From assembly GCA_963797095.1 (NCBI GenBank), contig CAWCNY010000005.1, positions 64,001-128,000 of the forward strand: a stretch of 64,000 nucleotides of DNA, in the 5' to 3' direction. The notes under the pieces were generated by a model. The model ran no database searches, was not told where the DNA came from, and saw nothing but the letters and a program-made list of their open reading frames with translations. Shown piece after piece: positions 1-9,791 of this stretch. Both the position numbers and the translations under genes were made by a program. Each line of letters opens with the position of its first letter. The stretch's first letter is position 1. The DNA comes from an uncultured Chloroflexia bacterium (GTDB taxonomy: Bacteria > Chloroflexota > Chloroflexia > QHBQ01 > JADMIH01).

Positions 1-185
1 ATTGGGGAGGCAAACGAGCAGCGAGGCGAGCGCGCAGCCGGGAACGGCGAAGGATACAAGGGTTGCAGGCAATGGGGCCGGGGCCGGGGCAATGGTTAGG
101 AGGATCGGGAGCCTGTGCTCGCAAGCCGATACCTCGTCGTCACCAAAGCAACGAAAAATGGCTGTTAGCGTCACAAATGACCCAC

Positions 186-1530
186 TAGTACAGGTTGGCT
201 CAAATGAGACCCCAGTATATAATGGCTGAAACACCAAGGGAGAGGTAACAGCCAATGCGTGGACCTAGAGGACCTAAACCGCCGATGATTGAACTCACCA
301 GCATAGAGCGCCAGGAACTGAACAACCTGCTGCGCCGCCACTCGACACCACAGCAACTGACCTTGCGTGCCCGCATCGTGCTAGCCGCAGCCGACGGCCT
401 CAACAACGGCCAGATTGTCCGAGAGCTAGGGGTTAGCCGTGATATGGCCCAACTGTGGCGGAGGCGCTGGCTCGATCTGCAAGCCGTGTCAGCGGATGAC
501 TTGAGCGCCCCAGAGCGCCTGACTGATGTGCCCCGGTCGGGTGCGCCTGCCCGCATCAGTGCTGAGGCTGTGTGCCAGATTGTGGCTCTGGCATGTGAAG
601 CTCCTGCACAGAGTGGGCGTCCTATCAGCCAGTGGAGCAGTCGTGAGATTGCCGATGAGGTGAAGAATCGCGGCATCGTTGAGCAGATATCACCTCGCCA
701 TGCAGCCCGCCTGCTCAAAAGGGGGATCTCAAACCGCACCTGAGCCGTTACTGGCTGACCCCACCCTCTTATGAGCGAGAGGAGCGCTTCGATGAGAAGG
801 TTTCGGACGTATGCTCTCTTTACCGTATGGCACAGGAGTTGACCAGGGCAGGAGAGGAGAGAGGGTGCTGAGTAGTGATGAGATGACCGGAGTACAAGCC
901 CTGGAGCGCTGCCACCCCACCCTGCCGATGAAGCCTGGCAAGGTGGAGAGGCGAGAGTTCGAGTACATTCGTCATGGCACCCGTTCGTTCATCATCGACT
1001 TGGACGTGGCAACTGGGGGGATCGGCAACACCTCGAGTGGCCCCACGCGCAACGAGGCCGACTTTGCGGCCCATGTGCAGCGCAGTGTGGAGAGGGAGCC
1101 TTTGGTTAGGAAATGGCACTTTGTGGTGGACAACCTCGACACGCACCGCTCCGAGACGCTGGTGCGTTTGGTAGCCAGGGTAAGTGGGCTGGAGGAGATG
1201 GACCTGGGGGAGAAAGGCAAGAGCGGCATCCTGCACAACCGCCACAACCGCCTTTCGAGAGCAGCGTTTCTGAGCGAAGGCAGTCACAAGATCGTGTTTC
1301 ACTACACCCCCAAGCACAGTTCATGGCTGAACCAGATCGAGATATGGCTGAGCATATTGGTGCGCAAGCTGCTGAAACGAGGCAGCTTCCGCACGGTCGA
1401 GGAATTAGAAGCTAAAGTGATGGAGTTCATAGATTACTACAACAAGACGATGGCAAAGCCGTTTGCCTGGACCTACCGTGGCAAGGCTTTGGTGGCATAA
1501 CTGTGGCCTCACTTGAGCCAAGCTGTACTA
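186..1530 (+). mobile_element. IS630-family insertion sequence
   Basis: Terminal inverted repeats TAGTACAGGTTGGCTCAAATGAGAC (186-210) and reverse complement of 1506-1530 (TAGTACAGCTTGGCTCAAGTGAGGC) match at 22/25. TA at both ends in a CTAG context. Encloses HTH and DDE ORFs. Confidence 0.93.
255..1500 (+). pseudogene. IS630 transposase (OrfA HTH + OrfB DDE), probable -1 frameshift plus an inactivating 5-bp duplication
   Basis: OrfA 255-743 has RARIVL...R.GAP. Slippery AAAAGGGGG at 717-725; the -1 frame reads KGDLKPHLSRYWL but stops at 869-871 because GGAGA is duplicated (851-860). DDE part continues DEMTGVQALER, DNLDTH, TPKHSSWLNQIE to 1500. Confidence 0.85.
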
Positions 1531-1787
1531 GTAGTCTGTCAAGCGGCATTTGGTAGGTTCTCAGGTTCAGGTTGCGAGGAGGCATGCACTTGGATGGTTG
1601 GATATAGCTTCTTCAACTTGATACGCGCATGGGCAGTTGTGAAACGCCATTCCACCGTGGCCTTCGCCCTGTTGCGCTCCGCCACCCACCCGCTCGTTTC
1701 CATCCCCAACCTCTCCTGGTCGGCTATTCGCTGGTCCAGACACTGCTTGCTCAGCACACTCAACTCGATCTTCGCCATGTTCTACCA
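1529..1787 (-). pseudogene. 3' remnant of a second, different IS630 transposase with its terminal end
   Basis: Minus frame reads [20 protein letters not shown]...[19 protein letters not shown], the typical IS630 C-terminus (WLNMAEIE subtype). Ends in ...TTGACAGACTACTA, sharing the TA at 1529-1530 with the first IS. Confidence 0.85.
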
Positions 1788-4700
1788 AGTGCGTGGAGCA
1801 GGAGGGGAAGAAGGTGTTGGCTACTATCTTGCTGGCCTGACCACGGGTGGCATTGGAGCCTGGGCGGAAGTAGGGCAGGTCTGCGGGGTGCACGCATGGT
1901 TCGCCCGGGCTGCCACATGGATAGCCGCTCATGATCCCTCGGTCGGTCAATCTCCAGATGTAGTCGTAGAAGGTTGAGCCGGGAATTACGTCCTGGAACT
2001 GGTGCGCGCCGGGCGTTTCCGTGTATCCCGCCGCTTCCGACACTATCTTGGAGGTCTGGCCTCTGGTTACGTTAGCGTTGGGGCGGTAGTATGGGAGGTT
2101 GCCGGTGCCGCATGGCTCGCCCGGCCCACCACATGTGTAGCCGCTGACGATGCCGCGGTTTGCCAAGCGCCAGATGTAATCGAAGAAGGTGGAGCCGGGG
2201 GGCACATCCTGGAACTGCTGAGAGCCGGGGGTTTCGTCGAAGCCTGCCGCACTGGAGGCTATCTTGGCTAACTGCCCGCGTGTGACAAGGTTGTCGGGCT
2301 TGAAGCATGGGTTGCCGGTGGCGCAGCCCGTGGTGTAGCCGTTGATGATGCCCCGGCATGCCAGGCACCGGATATATGAGTAGAAAGTATGGGTTGCAGG
2401 CACATCGGTGAACTGAAGCGGGCAGAGCGTTGGAGTGGAGGTGGGTGGGACGGCTGTTGCCGTGGCTGTTGCCGTGGCTGTTGCCGTGGCTGTTGCCGTG
2501 GCTGTTGCCGTGGCTGTTGCCGTGGCTGTTGCCGTGGCTGTTGCCGTGTTTGTATAGGTGCTCGTGGGTGGATTGGTGGGTGTGCCGGTGGGCGCCGGCG
2601 CTGTTGCCGAGGCCGTTGATGTGCTGCCTGGGGTATCAGTAGGGATGGGTGTGAGTGTGGCGGTGTTTGTTTCAGCAGGGGTGGATGTTGGTAGTATCGG
2701 GGTAGCGGTAATCTCAGCTAACGTGGGAGTGCTTGTGGGCGTATTGGTAGAGGTGTTGGTACTTGTCGGTGTATTGGTGGCGGTTGAGGTGGCGGTGTTG
2801 GTATTCGTGGGGCTGGCGGTAGTGGTTGCGGTAGCAGTATTGGTACGTGTTGGGGTGCTCGTAGGAACAGGCGTGTTCGTATTGCTGGTGGTGGCTGTTG
2901 GCGAGTTAGTTACAGTAGCTGTGTGGGTTGGGGTGGCTGTGCTTGTTCTGGTGGGGGTATTTGTAGGAACCGGGGTGTTGGTGGATGTAGGTGTATTTGT
3001 TGGGATAGGGGTATTGGTGGTCGTGGGAGTGTTGGTCAGGAGGGGGGTATTGGTGGTCGTGGGAGTGTTGGTCAGGGTGGGAGTGGGGGAGGGCACGACG
3101 GATAAGAGATATCTTCCTACCTCGGCGTCGTGGTCGCTGTCCTGGGGCATGTACTCCGCATTAATATGTACAGCATCGTAGTTGGTGCTTGTCGCGAGGA
3201 GGGCGTCACTGGCAAACTCGTGGTCAAGACTTTGAGAGTTGCCTTGATAGTCGTAGCTGTAGCGTTCCTCATGGGGGAGGGTATCGATCATGGGATTGAG
3301 GCCCGCGCTTTGGAGGATTTGAAGTGGTGGTGACCACTCGAAGTCGTTGAGGTCGCCCACGACGGCAATCAGCGCGTTGGGATCGTAGGTGAGGATCTGG
3401 CCGACGGTGTCGGAAACGACGTTGGCTTGCTGGATGCGCTGCGGTTCGGAGGCGAGGATAGGCGGCTGGTTCTTGGCGAAGAGAACGTCGTCTCCTCCCT
3501 TGGAGTTGAAGTGATTGCCTATCACGAAGAGCTTGCGACCGTTGTACATGAACTCACCCGCGAGAGGCTTGCGGCTATCGGTGAAGGCGGAGTTCAAGGG
3601 GTCGAGCCTGCCGGGGCTGTACTGCAAATAGGGTTGGCCCGACTGGGTGAGGACCATAGTGGGAGTGATAGGGCCGCCGCCGGGACGGTCGACGAAGGAG
3701 AGGCCGCGATCGGTCCTGAACATAAAGCCCTGGCGAATGTTGCCGCCGGGCGCGCCGCCATCTTGATCGTTCACGGGGTCTATCTGGCGGTAGTCATAGG
3801 TTGGGCCGCCTGCCGTCTGGATCGCAGAAATCAGCATGCTCCAGGTGAGGCTGGCCGAGACTGTGCCGTCGTCAACGATGCCGTTGTTGTCCTGCATCTC
3901 CTCGATTGTGATCAGGTCGGGTGCTTTCATGTTGTTGATGATCAGGCTCGCGAGGTTGCTGAACTTGGAAGGCGGATCGCTTGGCGCGAGGTTTTCGACG
4001 TTGAAGTTGCCTATGGTCAACTCGTTGGGGGCAGGGTCGCCGGTGGACTCTTTGGGGAGGTTGCCCGGCACAGCAGCGGGCAGACTGGTGGCATTGAGCA
4101 GGAACTTGCCAAAGTCATAATTCATTATCCCAACGATGGGCTGGGTGAAAGAATCGCTGACGCTGAGGTCGGGGATCGTAACGAACTGGTTTGTGACCAC
4201 GATGCGCTCAGGGTTGAGGTCATTCTGGCGGATCACGAGGCCGCCGCGATTGGTACGAACATTGGCGTTGGCACCGTTATCGCCAATGGCATAGAACTCG
4301 CGGTTGGGCAGGGCGCCGGTGAACTGGGCGGTTGGCCCGACCACCACGGCATTATTGACCTGCACCCGCATCAACTCGAGGCTCTCCCAGAAGTCGATGC
4401 CGTCGCTGTCGGCATCGAACGAGCCGCATAGCTCGACGTTGCCGCAGGAGGCATCGTCATCGTAAACCATGTTGGGCGGGATGCGCCCACCGGTGCCGAC
4501 TATTATAGGCGCTGGGAGCGGATTGCCAGTAGAGAGGGTGATGATCGTCGGGAAGCCGATCTCGGTGGAGGTAAGGTTGGAGGTGGTAGTGCCTCCGGGC
4601 CGGAACTCCTGGACGTTGCCACTGACCAGGAGGTAGTCGCCTTCGTTGACGGTGGGGGCACTGCTTGTGAATACGAATATACCCTCTGAGGTAGCATTAT

Positions 4701-7700
4701 TGGCGTCGGGATTGGGGTCCTGGAAGTAGAAGCCGTTGGTGACCTTGGCGGTAACAATGCCGGGGAGATTTACGACGGTGGCACCGGCGTAAGGAGAGAT
4801 GTGGGCCGCGCCTTCGACGTCATGGATGCGGAGGGGGCCGGCGGTGGGGGCGGGGGAAGCGGTCCGGGTGGAAGTGGCGGTGGCAGGAGTGCCAGTATCG
4901 GTGGCGGCAGGCGTGAATGTTGGGGTGGCGGTGGGGCCGGGGCAATCGAACACCAGATCGTCGAAGTAGATGGTGGCGGGATTGCCATCGGATGTATAGA
5001 AGATCGCCTTGTAGTAAGCGGACAGTGCGCCTGCGGGGGCCGTTGCATCGCCTGTGATGTATTGCCAATTGGGACCGTTGCTGCCCAGGAAGATGTCGGT
5101 TTGCCCGTTGTTGCCGCAACCGCCGGGGGTAGCGCATGGATACCAGAGGATGCGGATGCGCGCCGAGGCGATATTGGAGGCGGAGCGCAGAACGGCAGCG
5201 CGAACGTGATAGGTCTCACCCGCCTGGATGTTCATGACCGCCTGCTGGATGCCTTGCGAGTTGTTGACAAGAGAACTGGTCACACCCACGGCATAGTCGC
5301 CGTCGTAGATCGGGGTCGGGACGACCGTAGCACCAATGCCGGACTGAGTTATCACCCATGGAGAGAGGTTGCCTGTCTCGAAGTCGCCGTTAACAAGGAG
5401 ATTGCAAAGAGGAGGTGTGGGAGTGCCCGTGGGGGTGGCGGTGCCGCCCTGGCCGCACGGGAGATAGCCCACTGACCAGTCGTAGTCGAACACGTCTTTG
5501 TAGTACTGGTAGGCCGCGTTCGATTGTATTTGGAGGCCGTATTCTCGATTGTTCTTGGAGCTATTGAGCGAGCCGTTGATGCTTGTGATGTGAACGTAAC
5601 CCTGGCCGGAGTGGTTGACGAAGACCCACTTGCTGTGGATATTGCCTGGGACACCGGTAGCGCCCATTGTGCCGCCCGTAGGCTCGCCTATCCTGGCTTG
5701 CAGGTTGGGGAGGCCGAGGCCGTTTATGTAGGCGATTGTGGCGGGGTTATGGGTGGAGCTTGAACAGTCGCCACCTTCATAGAAGCCGTCGAGGAGGATC
5801 CTGACGTTGGCCCCGCGCTGGGCGGCGCGGATGTAGGCGTCGAGGCGCGGGTTGGGGCCATTGGTTGGGCTAGATTCCCAGTATTTGCGCTCGTACTGCT
5901 GCTCGACCATGATTTCGTCGCCTGGGCCAGCCATGTTGACCATGCCGATCAGGCCGTCAACGTCGCGGAGGGCGTTATCGGGCGACTGGACGATCTCGAT
6001 ACTCTCGGTCTCGGTGACGACGAGGGGCGTGGGCTTTACAGGTGTGTAGCCTGTGCGGTCGCCCTGCGGATCGGGGGTGAAGGAGGGCGAGGGAGTGCCG
6101 AGGCCAGGGTAGGGGACGAGGTCGGCGAACCTGCCGGGCGAGAAGTCGAAGCTGACGAGGCGGAGGGTGTAGCTCACCACGTCGGGAGCGTTGGTGATGA
6201 TCATAGCGCCGCGACTGCCCGCTGTGCCGTTCGCCTTGTTGTCGCTTGCCATTCCGCTTGCGGAGAAGTTGTCGGAGCCTGTGACTACCCATTGATTGTC
6301 CACTACCATGATCTTGGCGTGGACGTTGTTATAGCGGTAATTGTCGTCGGGGGTGCCGGGGTCGCCACTGAAGAAGTAGACGGGGATGCCTGCGTCGGAC
6401 CACTGCTTGGCGCTCCAGAGAGTTTCCTCGTCGGGGCGCGGCGGCACGTAGCAACATGGATTGCCTTCGAGGGCGATGCTGACCTGCACGCCCCGGTTCT
6501 TGGCATCAATGATGTCCTGCACCCAGATGGAGTCGTGCCATTCATAGGTCTCGATGGTGATCGATTGGGTGGCCGAAAGGATGAGGCTCCTGATGGCGTC
6601 GAAGCCGTTGTCAGGCTCTACCAGGAATTTGGTGGTGACGTTGGTGTCGGTGTATTTCTTGGTGAAGAACATGTCCTCATAGGTGGGATCGTTGAGCGCC
6701 CAGCCGGGCCGCAAGAGCTTCTTGCCCATGATATCGTCGTTTTCGCGGGCGTCGGGCGTGGGAGTGCCCGCGCCTGCCGGGTCGTCGTCCTGGGCCCAAT
6801 CGTCGTTGGTGTTTGTATCAGGAACAGGGAGCGCAGTGTATTCGTCGAGCTTGCGATAGAAGGTCTGGCCCGCCTCTTGAAAGTCGGGTTGGCCTGAGGG
6901 TAGGTAGGGTTGGACGGAAGTGCCGCTCCAACCGGGAGTAGATATGCTACCGCTCTTGTAGACGAGGGTATCAACGGTGGCTCCGGCCTGGGTTTGCAGT
7001 TGCACGCCCGCGCCCGCGTCGGGGAAGTTGAAGCCTGCGACGGCGTTCGCCTGTGGAACGGTTGGATCGGTATCGGCGGCGTATTCGAGGTCGGGATTAA
7101 AACCGTAGAGAGCACTAAAGCCGGTGGCGGTGTTGGCTAGCCAGAGCTTGCCGCCTGCGGGTATTGTGAGTCCTGTGGGGAGGGTGATCGCGCCGGTGGA
7201 GTCCACGATGCGCCAATCACCGATGTTTACGGGTGAAGAGTCCACGTTGATAAGACGGATCGCCTCGTCTGTGCCGGTGAGATAGCTTGTGTAGTGGAGC
7301 ATGTAAATGAGGACGTGGGGGAGTACGGGCGTGACGGTGGCCGTGGATGTCGAGGTATTGGTGGGGCCGCCTGGGGTGTTGGTAGATGTGGAGGTGTTGG
7401 TGGAAGTTGGGGGAGTGCCTGTTACGGTATCCGTTGGTGTGCTTGACGAGCAAGGGTTGTGAGGAGAGGCGCTGTTGCGCGGGTTCGGTGGATTGGAAAG
7501 GGTGAAGTCGGCGCTGTTGTCATCGGTGTCGGTACAGCCGCCACCCAGGCGTATGTCGCTTATGGGGTTGCTGGGAGCAGGAGCAGGGCCGGTGCCCTCG
7601 AAGCAATTGGCGGTGGTACCGAAGCCAACGATTTCAACAAGGGAACCGCCTGAGGGGCATGCGCCCGTGAGCGCGATAGTGGAGCTTACGAGTGCCACTT

Positions 7701-8139
7701 TGCCCGCAGTGGCACTCATGGCAATGGTGCCGGTGGCATCGGGCGTGGGGAGGGGTTGGCTGCCACCGGCCCCTTGCGCCTCCTGTATCAGATAGTAGCC
7801 GCCCGCCGGTATGGAGCCTGACAGGGCGGTAGTTTGCCAGGTGGTGCCGGTGGCAGAGGCGTATTGCACAGACCAACCGGTAACGTCGACGGATGAGGCG
7901 CTGCGGTTGAAGATTTCAATGAAGTCGTTTGTGTAGAGCGAGCCGCTGTTGCCGCCACCGCCATACACCTGGCTGATCACCACTGACGAGCTTTCGGGCG
8001 CGTTTTTTGGAAGCCTGGAGAGAGGGGCCGACGCGTTGACCACATAGACCCCCAGACCGAATGCAAATATGAATATCAACGACAACAGCATAAGGACGCC
8101 GGCAAGGCGTCTGCGCCCTGCTTCAACGAATTGAGACAT
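1567..8139 (-). CDS. Giant cell-surface protein: signal/TM, 2 lamin-tail domains, phospholipase D (2 HKD-type motifs), CBM4/9-like domain, OB fold + ExeM/NucH-type EEP nuclease, Pro/Thr linker, SLH repeats
   Basis: ATG 8139 after GGAGG. Motifs: [11 protein letters not shown] (LTD); HAKIMVVD 6298-6321; HSKWVFVN 5614-5637 followed by SIN..NREYG; NLLVNGDFE; [29 protein letters not shown] (EEP); [16 protein letters not shown] (SLH x3). Confidence 0.88.
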   Translation of the reverse strand: MSQFVEAGRRRLAGVLMLLSLIFIFAFGLGVYVVNASAPLSRLPKNAPESSSVVISQVYGGGGNSGSLYTNDFIEIFNRSASSVDVTGWSVQYASATGTTWQTTALSGSIPAGGYYLIQEAQGAGGSQPLPTPDATGTIAMSATAGKVALVSSTIALTGACPSGGSLVEIVGFGTTANCFEGTGPAPAPSNPISDIRLGGGCTDTDDNSADFTLSNPPNPRNSASPHNPCSSSTPTDTVTGTPPTSTNTSTSTNTPGGPTNTSTSTATVTPVLPHVLIYMLHYTSYLTGTDEAIRLINVDSSPVNIGDWRIVDSTGAITLPTGLTIPAGGKLWLANTATGFSALYGFNPDLEYAADTDPTVPQANAVAGFNFPDAGAGVQLQTQAGATVDTLVYKSGSISTPGWSGTSVQPYLPSGQPDFQEAGQTFYRKLDEYTALPVPDTNTNDDWAQDDDPAGAGTPTPDARENDDIMGKKLLRPGWALNDPTYEDMFFTKKYTDTNVTTKFLVEPDNGFDAIRSLILSATQSITIETYEWHDSIWVQDIIDAKNRGVQVSIALEGNPCCYVPPRPDEETLWSAKQWSDAGIPVYFFSGDPGTPDDNYRYNNVHAKIMVVDNQWVVTGSDNFSASGMASDNKANGTAGSRGAMIITNAPDVVSYTLRLVSFDFSPGRFADLVPYPGLGTPSPSFTPDPQGDRTGYTPVKPTPLVVTETESIEIVQSPDNALRDVDGLIGMVNMAGPGDEIMVEQQYERKYWESSPTNGPNPRLDAYIRAAQRGANVRILLDGFYEGGDCSSSTHNPATIAYINGLGLPNLQARIGEPTGGTMGATGVPGNIHSKWVFVNHSGQGYVHITSINGSLNSSKNNREYGLQIQSNAAYQYYKDVFDYDWSVGYLPCGQGGTATPTGTPTPPLCNLLVNGDFETGNLSPWVITQSGIGATVVPTPIYDGDYAVGVTSSLVNNSQGIQQAVMNIQAGETYHVRAAVLRSASNIASARIRILWYPCATPGGCGNNGQTDIFLGSNGPNWQYITGDATAPAGALSAYYKAIFYTSDGNPATIYFDDLVFDCPGPTATPTFTPAATDTGTPATATSTRTASPAPTAGPLRIHDVEGAAHISPYAGATVVNLPGIVTAKVTNGFYFQDPNPDANNATSEGIFVFTSSAPTVNEGDYLLVSGNVQEFRPGGTTTSNLTSTEIGFPTIITLSTGNPLPAPIIVGTGGRIPPNMVYDDDASCGNVELCGSFDADSDGIDFWESLELMRVQVNNAVVVGPTAQFTGALPNREFYAIGDNGANANVRTNRGGLVIRQNDLNPERIVVTNQFVTIPDLSVSDSFTQPIVGIMNYDFGKFLLNATSLPAAVPGNLPKESTGDPAPNELTIGNFNVENLAPSDPPSKFSNLASLIINNMKAPDLITIEEMQDNNGIVDDGTVSASLTWSMLISAIQTAGGPTYDYRQIDPVNDQDGGAPGGNIRQGFMFRTDRGLSFVDRPGGGPITPTMVLTQSGQPYLQYSPGRLDPLNSAFTDSRKPLAGEFMYNGRKLFVIGNHFNSKGGDDVLFAKNQPPILASEPQRIQQANVVSDTVGQILTYDPNALIAVVGDLNDFEWSPPLQILQSAGLNPMIDTLPHEERYSYDYQGNSQSLDHEFASDALLATSTNYDAVHINAEYMPQDSDHDAEVGRYLLSVVPSPTPTLTNTPTTTNTPLLTNTPTTTNTPIPTNTPTSTNTPVPTNTPTRTSTATPTHTATVTNSPTATTSNTNTPVPTSTPTRTNTATATTTASPTNTNTATSTATNTPTSTNTSTNTPTSTPTLAEITATPILPTSTPAETNTATLTPIPTDTPGSTSTASATAPAPTGTPTNPPTSTYTNTATATATATATATATATATATATATATATATAVPPTSTPTLCPLQFTDVPATHTFYSYIRCLACRGIINGYTTGCATGNPCFKPDNLVTRGQLAKIASSAAGFDETPGSQQFQDVPPGSTFFDYIWRLANRGIVSGYTCGGPGEPCGTGNLPYYRPNANVTRGQTSKIVSEAAGYTETPGAHQFQDVIPGSTFYDYIWRLTDRGIMSGYPCGSPGEPCVHPADLPYFRPGSNATRGQASKIVANTFFPSCSTHLVEHGEDRVECAEQAVSGPANSRPGEVGDGNERVGGGAQQGEGHGGMAFHNCPCAYQVEEAISNHPSACLLAT
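2452..2547. repeat. Perfect 12-bp tandem repeat x8 (GGCTGTTGCCGT) encoding (Thr-Ala)16 in the linker
   Basis: Counted directly; in frame with the giant CDS. Confidence 0.95.
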
Positions 8140-8160
8140 GCCTTTTGCTCCTCCCTCGCG

Positions 8161-8238
8161 AATGGACGGCCATGCGTGACCTGCGCACGGCGGTGTAATA
8201 ATGGACGGCCATGCGTGACCTGCGCACGGCGGTGTAAT
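8161..8238. repeat. Perfect 39-bp tandem duplication in the predicted 5' UTR of the giant gene
   Basis: AATGGACGGCCATGCGTGACCTGCGCACGGCGGTGTAAT at 8161-8199 and 8200-8238. Confidence 0.95.
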
Positions 8239-8260
8239 GTCGTACTCCAAGAGCCGCACA

Positions 8261-8295
8261 AGTATAACAAATTCGGAGTTAACGAGGGGTTAACG
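8261..8295 (-). promoter_or_regulatory. Extended -10 promoter (TGtTATACT) with Pho-box-like direct repeats in place of -35
   Basis: TATACT at 8266-8261. CGTTAAC twice with 11-bp period (8295-8289, 8284-8278), ending 11 nt before the -10. Confidence 0.55.
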
Positions 8296-8462
8296 TAGAA
8301 CGGTCCTGGGGAGGAGAAAAAAGAAGTCGATGGCAACGACCTATTCTTGCCCTCATTAATCAGATGACATTGAGGACAAGAAACGGGACAGGTTTTGAGG
8401 TGTACTTTCGGGTGGTTTTTTGGGGGAGAAAGGTGGAGGAACCCGCCTAAAAATTAAGGACA

Positions 8463-8494
8463 AACCCCGGCGGGTTGGGCGGTCCGCCGGGGTT
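8463..8494 (-). terminator. Intrinsic terminator-like hairpin downstream of the antiporter gene
   Basis: AACCCCGGCGG / CCGCCGGGGTT 11-bp stem ending in a short T run on the minus strand. Confidence 0.6.
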
Positions 8495-8570
8495 ATCCCA
8501 AAGGAGGAAAGTTCTTCTATATAGCATAACGAACCAGGGTGCGGTTCGCTTCACCCGATTCTGGGCAATC

Positions 8571-9641
8571 TCAAGAAAACCATCCGAGAGTTTTCAGGGT
8601 ATTTTCGAGGTCAAGCGGGAAGACAAGCACGACCCAGGCGACGTACCAGATCCCGGCGAGGACCAGGGCGGTGGCGGTGAGCTTGCCACGATAGATCATT
8701 GAGCCGAATAGGAGGAGGGCAGCGATAAGAGCGAACACCGCCTGCGCGAAGGCGGGCGCGTATTCGGGAGCCATGCGCCACTCGGTAAAGACCATTCCGA
8801 TGGAGACAGGCAATGTGCTCTGGAAGACCATCGCACCGGTGATGTTGCCGAGGGCGAGGGTATCTTTGGACCGTCTTACCCAGATCACGCTGTTGAACTT
8901 CTCAGGCAGCTCAGTCGCCAATGGGACCACTATGAGCGATAGAATCAGTGGCGTTAGGCCGATGGAGTGGGCCACGTCTTCAACATACTGGACAAAAAGA
9001 TAAGCAGCGCCCACGATGAGCGCAAGGCCCGTCACGGTTTGGAGGATTACGATGGTGAGCGATGGGTCATCGGTGCGGCGAGCAAAGTGGAGGGGCGAGA
9101 GGTCCTCCGCATCCTCACTTTCTGAGGGTGTGTCGCCTTTGTCGGTAGCGTGCCTGTAGACGTAAAAGACGTAATAGCCGACGAGGCCAAGAGAGACGAG
9201 CACGCGGAGAAGCTCGTTCTCGACGAAGCTCATGCTGACCGCGATAGCAAAGGCCAGCAGAAAGAAGCGAATATCACGCGAAAGTACCCGGCTGTTGACT
9301 TTGAGGACCGTGTTGCGGCGACCGCGAGCGGTAAAGATGAAGACCGCTGTGCCTGTTACCAGCATGGCGACGGTAGCCAGCATGAAGGGCGCTCCGATGA
9401 TCGCGCCGAGGCCAACGTCGTTGGCATGGCTCTCACCGCCTCCTACAGCACCGATTATGAGAGCCACGACCGGGATGAGGGTTTCAGGGAGGGCAGTGCC
9501 CACGGCAGCAAAGATGCTACCTAGCACGCCCTCATTTAGGTTGAGCTTTTTGCCAAGCCATTCAATGCTGTTGGTGAATATGTCGCAGCCGACGAGTATG
9601 ACCACCAATCCTACTATAAGCATTAGCCACGAAAACCACAC
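8571..9641 (-). CDS. Sodium/calcium exchanger (CaCA, YrbG-like)
   Basis: About 10 TM segments; alpha repeats GTALPET and ATELPEK...GNITGA. Confidence 0.9.
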   Translation of the reverse strand: MWFSWLMLIVGLVVILVGCDIFTNSIEWLGKKLNLNEGVLGSIFAAVGTALPETLIPVVALIIGAVGGGESHANDVGLGAIIGAPFMLATVAMLVTGTAVFIFTARGRRNTVLKVNSRVLSRDIRFFLLAFAIAVSMSFVENELLRVLVSLGLVGYYVFYVYRHATDKGDTPSESEDAEDLSPLHFARRTDDPSLTIVILQTVTGLALIVGAAYLFVQYVEDVAHSIGLTPLILSLIVVPLATELPEKFNSVIWVRRSKDTLALGNITGAMVFQSTLPVSIGMVFTEWRMAPEYAPAFAQAVFALIAALLLFGSMIYRGKLTATALVLAGIWYVAWVVLVFPLDLENTLKTLGWFS

Positions 9642-9791
9642 AGTTAATTGTACCTCCGAAGGGGACGATCAGACCACACAATATGAGAGTGTACTATAAG
9701 ATGGAATAGGTTACAATGTAGGGCGGATGGCTGGTGAGTGGCGAGTGGCGAGTGGCCAGTGACGAGGGATGGGCGGAAAGATGGTGGCGAT

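Noticed and set aside
1-185. Short ORF 2-229 at the window edge
   Set aside because: Runs into the IS end and shows no recognisable product.
2430-3181. Repetitive plus-strand ORFs (LLPW)n, (CCRG)n and Val/Gly-rich
   Set aside because: Antisense translations of the Thr/Ala/Pro linker repeats of the giant gene.
8161-8238. Possible CRISPR repeat
   Set aside because: Two directly adjacent copies with no spacer, and no cas genes in the window.
8140-8259. N-terminal extension of the giant ORF from TTG 8259
   Set aside because: The TTG lies next to the -10 box and the extension only translates the UTR duplication. ATG 8139 has a strong SD and precedes the signal/TM segment.
8501-8515. GAGGAAAGT resembling the RNase P RNA start motif
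   Set aside because: No continuation (CC...) and no room for the remaining conserved regions before the antiporter stop.
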